A stretch of 22,745 nucleotides of DNA from a virus (taxonomy: Duplodnaviria; Heunggongvirae; Uroviricota; Caudoviricetes): IMG/VR virus record IMGVR_UViG_2778261182_000009, positions 1-22,745 of that record. One strand, written 5' to 3'. Below are positions 16,847-22,745 of this stretch, piece after piece. The notes beneath the pieces are model-generated. The model was not told the origin of the DNA, did no database searches, and worked only from the letters and a program-made list of their open reading frames with translations. Each line of letters begins with the position of its first letter. Within the stretch, counting starts at the first letter, position 1. Position numbers and translations under genes: made by a program.

Positions 16847-18322
16847 ATGTCCGGACTACATGGTGTTGAAACCATTGAACTGACAACAGGCACGGTCGCT
16901 GTGCAGACCATCTCCACGGCAGTGATTGGCCTGGTGGGGACTGCGCCGGATGCTTCCGGTGGTGTGTGTGCTTCCGGCACTGCCGGTTCGTGGCTGCTGG
17001 GAACGGCGCTGGATTTCACGGCGAAACAGGAAGGCCGGGCCGGCAATAAGATTTCTGTGGTTGCCGTCGCGGCCACAGAACAAAGCGCGCAGACCACGGC
17101 CTTACTGGAAGGTACAACCCTGACGATAAAGCTGGGGACGGATGAACACAGCCAGGTTAACGCCACGGTGGACCGTGTGACTGAAGTGGTGAATGCACTG
17201 GGTGATTCACCTGTGACGGCGGCGGTCAGTACCCTGAATGCAGGGGGAGCTGAAAATAATGTGGTGTCGCCGTTCAACCTGACGCTATCCGGCGGGGAAG
17301 ATGAGGCGTTCCCGGTTAATACACCGGTTGTGGTGGCAGGAGCCATTACTCAGGCAGGAAAACTGGGGGCTGCCGGGACACTGTATCCGGCCCTGCGAGA
17401 TATTTTTGACCAGACCGGTGCACTGGTGATTGTGGTGCGTGCGGAAAGTAAACCGAAAGCGAAAGAGGCTGAACAACGCGCGGCGGTGATTAAGGCCATG
17501 GAAGCGCTGACAGAGAGTAAAGGTGTGACGGGCTATCAGCCGCGCATTCTCATTGCCACGGGTTACAGTGAGGATGATGGTGTGGCAAAGGCGCTGGAAA
17601 CGTATGCCGCGAAGCTGCGGGCCGTGGCCTATATCGACTCTCCCTCAATGGCAACGCCGCAGGATGTGGTTCAGCGGCGCGCATCCTTTGGCGGACGTGT
17701 GGAACTGCTGCGCCCGCGCGTGTCAGTAACGGATGACAGCGGGCAGACGGTATTTCGTCCGTATTCGGCGCGCGCTGCCGGGCTGCGTGCCCGTATTGAT
17801 TACGAAAAAGGGTGGTGGTGGTCCAAATCAAACCAGGACGTGATGAATATCACCGGTCTGGAGCAGGTGGATACGTTTATTCTCGGGGAGCAGAACTGCA
17901 CGGCAAACCTGCTGAACATGGAAAATATCTCCACCATTATTCGTCACGACGGCTTTAAGCACTGGGGGAACCGTCTGTGTTCATCCCACAGTCAGTGGCG
18001 TTTTGAGCCGGTACGCCGCACTGCAGATGTGATTGAGGACAGCATCCAGGAGGCCATGCTGCCTTATGTCGATCGCCCGCTTGATAGGGATGTGGCGGAC
18101 GACATTCTTGGCAGTATTAATGCCTATATGCGTCAGCTTAAAAATCTGGGCGCGATCCACGGTGGCAGTGCCTGGCTGAATGATGAACTGAACACAGCAG
18201 AAACCCTGGCCGCCGGGCAGTTGTATATCGATTATGACTTTGGACCGAAGTCACCACTGGAGCGCCTGACACTGCGGGCGATGATTAACAATAAACTGGC
18301 GCTGGAGGAACTGACGGTATGA
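16847..18322 (+). CDS. FI: Contractile tail sheath protein (P2 gpFI family) with an N-proximal insertion
   Basis: 491 aa; the N-terminus MSGLHGVETIELTTGTVAVQTISTAVIGLVGTAPDA matches P2 FI ([37 protein letters not shown]). The C-terminal half is well conserved (GLRARIDYEKGW, IRHDGFKHWGNR, AETLAAGQLYIDYDFGPKSPLERLTLR). An extra segment of about 110 aa has no P2 counterpart. Confidence 0.9.
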   Translation: MSGLHGVETIELTTGTVAVQTISTAVIGLVGTAPDASGGVCASGTAGSWLLGTALDFTAKQEGRAGNKISVVAVAATEQSAQTTALLEGTTLTIKLGTDEHSQVNATVDRVTEVVNALGDSPVTAAVSTLNAGGAENNVVSPFNLTLSGGEDEAFPVNTPVVVAGAITQAGKLGAAGTLYPALRDIFDQTGALVIVVRAESKPKAKEAEQRAAVIKAMEALTESKGVTGYQPRILIATGYSEDDGVAKALETYAAKLRAVAYIDSPSMATPQDVVQRRASFGGRVELLRPRVSVTDDSGQTVFRPYSARAAGLRARIDYEKGWWWSKSNQDVMNITGLEQVDTFILGEQNCTANLLNMENISTIIRHDGFKHWGNRLCSSHSQWRFEPVRRTADVIEDSIQEAMLPYVDRPLDRDVADDILGSINAYMRQLKNLGAIHGGSAWLNDELNTAETLAAGQLYIDYDFGPKSPLERLTLRAMINNKLALEELTV

Positions 18323-18837
18323 TTACGGGTGAAAAAAAACTGTTGCGCGCATGGGCGTTATTTCTTCCTGGTGGGATCCGTCTTCAGGGGGCACATGAAT
18401 ACACGCCGCCTGCCATTAATATCACGACAGTGGATATCAAAACCGGCGCAATGGATGCACCGGTGGCAGTGGATGATGGTATGGAGGCGCTGACCTGCTC
18501 GTTTAAGATTTATGGCTACGATGTTGCCATGCTGACACTGCTTGGATTACAGGCGGGGCTTTATTCGCCGGAGATTGTTGTCCGCCAGGCTTACAGGGTG
18601 GGGAATGCGACCAGCGGACAGGTGGAAACCCTGCAGGGGATGATCTCCAGTATCACGCCGGATGCGCGCCCGGCAACGTCACAGGCGGAGGCTTCGGTGA
18701 CGGTGGAGATGTCGCTGAGTTATTACCGTCAGGCTGTAGATGGTCTGGAAACCATCTGCATTATTCCGGAGGAATTTGTTCGTCGTATTAACGGCGTTAA
18801 TGTTCTGTCGGATCTGAAAAAAATCATCCGGGTTTAA
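18319..18837 (+). CDS. FII: Tail tube protein (P2 gpFII position and size)
   Basis: 172 aa ORF directly downstream of and overlapping the sheath stop (GTATGA), with GGAGGA upstream. Assigned by synteny and the FII-like size; direct sequence similarity is weak by eye. Confidence 0.65.
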   Translation: MITGEKKLLRAWALFLPGGIRLQGAHEYTPPAINITTVDIKTGAMDAPVAVDDGMEALTCSFKIYGYDVAMLTLLGLQAGLYSPEIVVRQAYRVGNATSGQVETLQGMISSITPDARPATSQAEASVTVEMSLSYYRQAVDGLETICIIPEEFVRRINGVNVLSDLKKIIRV

Positions 18838-18856
18838 TCCGGGTATCCGGTTATTC

Positions 18857-18884
18857 AGGCGGCTCAGGCCGCCTTTTCTTTTTT
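18857..18884 (+). terminator. Rho-independent terminator after the tail tube gene
   Basis: AGGCGGC (18857-18863), loop TCAG, GCCGCCT (18868-18874), followed by TTTCTTTTTT. Confidence 0.65.
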
Positions 18885-18897
18885 AAAGGAGATGCTT

Positions 18898-19200
18898 ATG
18901 TCGGAAAAAAACAGTGTTCCTGCCAGCAGCGTGGAAATTGTGTTATCCGTGCCGTATGTCACCGCATCAGGGCAGACGATCACGCACATCACCATGCGTG
19001 CACCCACCGTCCGCGATCGTCTGTTGCATCGACGGAGTACCAAACCGGAAGCAGAGGCTGACCTGGATATGATTGCCGGTCTTTGCGGGATGGATGCGGC
19101 GGACATGATGAACATGGAAGCGTGTGATTACCTGGCCCTGGAGCGGCAGTTTAATGTTTTTTTGCTGCCGCCGGTCCGGCGGAAGAAGACAGCATCCTGA
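18898..19200 (+). CDS. E: Tail assembly chaperone (P2 gpE-like)
   Basis: ORF 18892..19200; AGGAG at 18887-18891 favours the ATG at 18898. Small protein between the tube and tape-measure genes; its 3' end contains a T7G slippery run. Confidence 0.7.
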   Translation: MSEKNSVPASSVEIVLSVPYVTASGQTITHITMRAPTVRDRLLHRRSTKPEAEADLDMIAGLCGMDAADMMNMEACDYLALERQFNVFLLPPVRRKKTAS

Positions 19201-19337
19201 CAGCGATACGGCGTGCTGGTGCCTGGTTCGGGTGGTCTCCCGGAGATGTGATGGCGCTGCCGTATACGGATTTTGTGTCAATGATGCTGGCAGAGTCGGA
19301 AGAGAGGAAACGACGTTATGGCAACGGTTGGCGATAA
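18898..19337 (+). CDS. Tail assembly chaperone frameshift product (P2 E+E'-like), made by a programmed -1 ribosomal frameshift
   Basis: The zero frame reads ...NVFLLPPVRRKKTAS and stops at 19198-19200. The -1 frame opens right at the slippery site (a stop at 19152-19154 sits just upstream in that frame) and runs stop-free from 19158 to a TAA at 19335-19337 (FFAAAGPAEEDSILTAIRRAGAWFGWSPGDVMALPYTDFVSMMLAESEERKRRYGNGWR), overlapping the tape-measure start as in P2. Confidence 0.55.
19157..19164 (+). other. Slippery sequence TTTTTTTG for the -1 programmed frameshift (E to E')
   Basis: T-run at 19157-19163 followed by G; the zero-frame codons are GTT TTT TTG. This is the same heptamer class used for the chaperone frameshift in P2-like tail operons. 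Confidence 0.55.
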
Positions 19338-20970
19338 CCTTAAAGCGAATATCAGGATCGGCGGCACGATAGATCCGTCGTGGAAAAAATCGGTTGATGG
19401 ACTGAAGCACGGATTATCAGGGGCAACACAGGAGGTGGCTCGCCTGACACGCCAGCAGGATGTACTGAAACGAAAAATTCAGGCTGGTGCACTGGCTGGA
19501 CAGGATATTACTGAACTGCGAAAGCAGTATGAAAAGCTGGGCAAAAAAATTCATGATGCCACCGGAGAGCAGGACAAATTTAACCGTAAGCTGGCTCGTG
19601 CTGAACGTCTGGAACGCTGGAAAGGGCGGGCCGGGACGGTCCTTAAAACCGGTTTTGGGCTTTCTGTTGGTTCGGGGTTGATGCTGGCAGCGGGCACTAC
19701 CGCTGTGCTTAACCGGAATACGGAAACGGCAGAGCGGGCAGGGATAGCCCGCAGTTATGGTGTGGATTATGAAACCTATGCGGCATGGGATTCACTTGCC
19801 CGACTGATGGGGCTGAATGGTGAAAACATCGGTGATCTGTTTGAGGAGTACCGGAACAAGGTTTTTGACGATGATAATGGTGCCACGGATAAAGGGGCCA
19901 TTCAGGAGGTGTTTGGTGCGCTGGGGCTGAAAGCCGGGGTGATGGCCGGAAAAAGCAACCAGGAGCAGGTCGAATTTTTATTTGATCGCTTACTGCAGGT
20001 AGAGAATGAACAGGTGGCAGCCGGGATGGCAGATGCGTTGTTTGGTGGTGAGGCCAATAAAATTCTGACCTGGATGCGTCTGTCAGGAAAAACTTACCGG
20101 GAGCTTATCAGTGAGCAGAAACGCTATAACCTGGTGACAAAGGCAGGGGCAGATGGCGCAGTTCAGGGGCATATGGCGCTGTCAAATCTCAGTAATGTTC
20201 TGAGTTCGTCCATTGATGAAATCAGCGGGCAACTGGGTAAGGAGCTGGCACCACATATTCAACAGGTGACGGATGACCTTGCGGCCTGGTTTAAGTATGG
20301 TGGACTGGAAAAAATCCGGGCATTTATCCGTGATGATGCCCTGCCGGCGCTGATCGACATGGCAGCATGGATGTGGAAATTCGGAAAAGTTCTGGCTGGA
20401 ATCACACAAAAAGCCATTGAGTGGGGGTTAGCGGATGATCCACGAGAGGACCGGCGAGAGGTGCTGGAATATCTGGCAAAAATGGGGTCGCCGGAGCTGG
20501 CGAGAGCGGTGGCGCAGAAAAACGGTCAGGGTGAATGGTTTGATGAACTTATCAGGCAAAATCCGGACCTGACGAAACAGGTTGTACAGGCCTATAAAGA
20601 CACCCGCGGTTATTTCCCCTGGAATCATGACGATAAAAAGTTTGATGCATTTCTCGACCCTTTGCTGGGACCGAAGGAAGAACCTGATTTTAAGGCGATA
20701 AAAGAGAAATCCCGCACCTACATTGACGGACTTCCTGCGGCAGGTCAGGGACAGGAAAATCCTGATCGCCTTTCAGCCCTCCAGTATACACCCGGCAGTA
20801 TCAGCAAGGTGGAAGTAAAACCCACATATCAGATACGGGCCGAATTTAACATCACCCAGAAATCTGGCGAGGATGCCGGACAACTGGCAGACAGGGTGAC
20901 GAAAAATCTGGGGGATATTCATTTTGGTCAGCGTTCCCGTATGACTGATGGTTATGAATCCTGGGGGTGA
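19318..20970 (+). CDS. T: Tail tape measure protein (P2 gpT position)
   Basis: 550 aa, predicted largely alpha-helical (coiled-coil-like, with charged heptad-like runs), and a Gly/hydrophobic segment (GFGLSVGSGLMLAAGTTAVL). It lies after the E/E' chaperone genes and before U, as for P2 gpT. Confidence 0.82.
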   Translation: MATVGDNLKANIRIGGTIDPSWKKSVDGLKHGLSGATQEVARLTRQQDVLKRKIQAGALAGQDITELRKQYEKLGKKIHDATGEQDKFNRKLARAERLERWKGRAGTVLKTGFGLSVGSGLMLAAGTTAVLNRNTETAERAGIARSYGVDYETYAAWDSLARLMGLNGENIGDLFEEYRNKVFDDDNGATDKGAIQEVFGALGLKAGVMAGKSNQEQVEFLFDRLLQVENEQVAAGMADALFGGEANKILTWMRLSGKTYRELISEQKRYNLVTKAGADGAVQGHMALSNLSNVLSSSIDEISGQLGKELAPHIQQVTDDLAAWFKYGGLEKIRAFIRDDALPALIDMAAWMWKFGKVLAGITQKAIEWGLADDPREDRREVLEYLAKMGSPELARAVAQKNGQGEWFDELIRQNPDLTKQVVQAYKDTRGYFPWNHDDKKFDAFLDPLLGPKEEPDFKAIKEKSRTYIDGLPAAGQGQENPDRLSALQYTPGSISKVEVKPTYQIRAEFNITQKSGEDAGQLADRVTKNLGDIHFGQRSRMTDGYESWG

Positions 20971-21461
20971 AGATGGTGGATTTACTGGGCTGGGGTGTAA
21001 ACCGGCTTGAGCGTGAAGCATGGGATGCAGTGGGTTCATTAACGGAGGTGGCTTCCCGCGTCATGCTGTCGTTTGGTGAGTTTGAATTCAGTATCGATAC
21101 GGCAGCGTATAACGCCATGAAGCGCACCATGGAATGGCGGTGGGATGAACAGCAGCTTATCGGAAAAAACGACCTGCTGCAGTATACCGGCAAGGGAGCC
21201 AGAGCAATAACCCTTGAAGGTATGGTGCATGCAGGATTTCGTGACGGTGTGGGAATGGATGCCCTTGATACACTGGTTCAGATGGTGGATGACAATCCGG
21301 CACCGTACCTTCTGGTCTCAAGCACAGGTGATGTGATGGGGTATTTTGTTGCAACCTCCTATTCAGATAACACCACGTCCTTTCTTCCCGGCGGTGCGCC
21401 GAAGAACAAAACGTTCACACTGGAGCTGAAATACTATGGCGAAAAACTGGCGGACCACTGA
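20967..21461 (+). CDS. U: Tail protein U (P2 gpU family)
   Basis: 164 aa ORF with start overlapping the tape-measure stop (GTGA), positioned between T and X/D as in P2-like tail operons. Confidence 0.7.
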   Translation: MKMVDLLGWGVNRLEREAWDAVGSLTEVASRVMLSFGEFEFSIDTAAYNAMKRTMEWRWDEQQLIGKNDLLQYTGKGARAITLEGMVHAGFRDGVGMDALDTLVQMVDDNPAPYLLVSSTGDVMGYFVATSYSDNTTSFLPGGAPKNKTFTLELKYYGEKLADH

Positions 21462-21654
21462 CGGCGATATGCTGGATGATATCTGTCAGAGACACTATGG
21501 CAGCGCCGGAGTTAACCAGTCACTGGCGGCGGTGCTGGAGGCCAATCCGGGACTGGCTGACCTTGGTCCGGTATATCCGGCAGGTGTGGAAATCGTGTTG
21601 CCGGACTGGGTGTATGAACCGGAGGAAAAGGAGACGTTTCAGTTATGGGACTGA
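21436..21654 (+). CDS. X: Tail protein X (P2 gpX family, LysM-like)
   Basis: 72 aa; GDMLDDICQRHYGSAGVNQSLAAVLEANPGLADLGPVYPAGVEIVLPD aligns with P2 gpX (GDTLDAICVRYYGRTEGVVETVLAANPGLAELGAVLPHGTAVELPD). Confidence 0.8.
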   Translation: MAKNWRTTDGDMLDDICQRHYGSAGVNQSLAAVLEANPGLADLGPVYPAGVEIVLPDWVYEPEEKETFQLWD

Positions 21655-22745
21655 ATGAATATCTGCCTGATTTCAGCCTGACAGCAGAGGGTGAGGATAT
21701 CACGAAGGCCATAAAGCGGGGGCTGGCTGAACTGCGTTATACCGATAATGGTGCTGCCACAAAGCGCTCCGATGAACTGATGATAACCCTGTTCAGTGAG
21801 ACGATGGCGCTGCCGCCAAAAGGCGCGGTATTAACGCTGGGACTGGGATTCAACGGAAACCTGGTAAATAAAGGCAGTTTTACCGTCTGCCAGGTGGCAA
21901 GCGGTGGTCCTCCCCGTCGGATCACCATTTATGCCACCGCAGCCCCCATGAATGCGTCAAAACATGGCGCAGACGTGACCGCACTGAAAACCCGTGCGTT
22001 CAGCGATGTCACGCTGGGTGACCTGGTGAAAACGATCGCCACTGAAAATAATCTGGTGGCACGGGTCTCACCGGCGCTGGCAAAAATTCGTATCCCGTGG
22101 GTGATGCAGTCATCTGAATCGGATGCGTCCCTGCTTTCCCGGCTTGCAGGGATGTACGGTGCCACCAGTAAACCGACGAACGGTTACTGGTTATTTCTGG
22201 AGTATGGCGCATCACAGAGTACAGGCGGCAGGGATGCGCCTGTAATGACCATCACGCCGGGCATGGTGTCAGACTGGGATTACCGGGAGGGGGTACGGCA
22301 GGGCGCATCCGGAGGCGGAAAAGGAACAACAAAAAAAGGGAAAGTGGGTGTCAGATATTTTGACCCTCGCGACGGGAGAACGCGCGAATTTAAAGTGGAC
22401 GTGGAGTCCACAGACAAGCGACATCCATTCACTCAGCCGGATCAGGACACAGCAAAACACTGCGCAGACTCTAAGGTTAAACGTGTGCAGAAAGCCGGAC
22501 GCCAGATGACGATAACGTTGCCCTGCAGGCCCGCATTGTTGAAAGCGGGGGCGGAAATGCGTTTTATCACGCAGGGATTTGGGGTACGCGAGGATCATAA
22601 CTGGCAGGCTGAGTCGGTGGAGTTTTCACTGGCACCGGGGCAGGGATTTACGCTGAATCTGTCGCTGGCCACCGATATCTCGGCGAAAGGGAAAGCATCA
22701 GGGAAGAAGAAAGCGGATAAAAAAGGCGTGAATTATTACGGGTAA
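21645..22745 (+). CDS. D: Tail protein D / late control gene D protein (P2 gpD family)
   Basis: 366 aa, with the stop codon at the window end. Matches to P2 gpD include GAVLTLGLGFNG, KGSFTV, LGDLVKTIATENNL, SESDASLLSRLAGMYGA, and a basic Lys-rich segment; final gene of the P2-like tail cluster. Confidence 0.85.
   Translation: MGLNEYLPDFSLTAEGEDITKAIKRGLAELRYTDNGAATKRSDELMITLFSETMALPPKGAVLTLGLGFNGNLVNKGSFTVCQVASGGPPRRITIYATAAPMNASKHGADVTALKTRAFSDVTLGDLVKTIATENNLVARVSPALAKIRIPWVMQSSESDASLLSRLAGMYGATSKPTNGYWLFLEYGASQSTGGRDAPVMTITPGMVSDWDYREGVRQGASGGGKGTTKKGKVGVRYFDPRDGRTREFKVDVESTDKRHPFTQPDQDTAKHCADSKVKRVQKAGRQMTITLPCRPALLKAGAEMRFITQGFGVREDHNWQAESVEFSLAPGQGFTLNLSLATDISAKGKASGKKKADKKGVNYYG

Noticed and set aside
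16750-17346. 198-aa reverse-strand ORF
   Set aside because: Antisense to the sheath gene insertion region, with Ala/Thr/Ser/Val-rich low-complexity translation; the sense strand carries a clearly homologous sheath protein.
19124-19372. + strand 82-aa ORF overlapping the E 3' end and T start as a candidate E' frame
   Set aside because: It is in the +1 frame relative to E. The conserved mechanism is a -1 shift at the T7G run, and the -1 frame is the one that opens exactly at the slippery site and ends just inside T.
1-22745. tRNA genes, CRISPR arrays, IS elements or transposases, integrase/attachment site, defence or toxin-antitoxin loci
   Set aside because: The window is filled almost gap-free by + strand structural genes. 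No transposase- or integrase-like ORF and no regular short direct-repeat/spacer array is present; cloverleaf-type tRNA could not be assessed by eye in the short intergenic spacers but none is apparent.

Overview
The window reads as one continuous + strand late (virion morphogenesis) operon of a mosaic temperate phage or prophage from an enterobacterial-type host. In order: the tail end of a lysis cassette (a small lipoprotein, putative o-spanin) and a small moron-like ORF; a lambda-type cos site; a lambda-like packaging and head module (Nu1, A, W, B, C with nested Nu3, D, E, FI, FII); two uncharacterised junction proteins; and a P2-like contractile-tail module (V, W, J, I, H, G, sheath, tube, E/E' chaperone with a -1 frameshift, tape measure, U, X, D). 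All assignments rest on reading the supplied translations against remembered lambda and P2 protein sequences; no search was run. I found no rRNA, tRNA, CRISPR array, IS element or recognisable defence or toxin-antitoxin system. The most unusual feature is the baseplate protein I homolog, which is fused to a roughly 680 aa C-terminal extension made of a predicted Ig-like domain and a long Cys-rich LRR-like repeat array. Other non-canonical points are four in-frame tandem 138-bp repeats in the Nu3 scaffold region, a roughly 110 aa insertion in the tail sheath, a cos site whose cosN differs from lambda, and several intrinsic terminators inside the operon.
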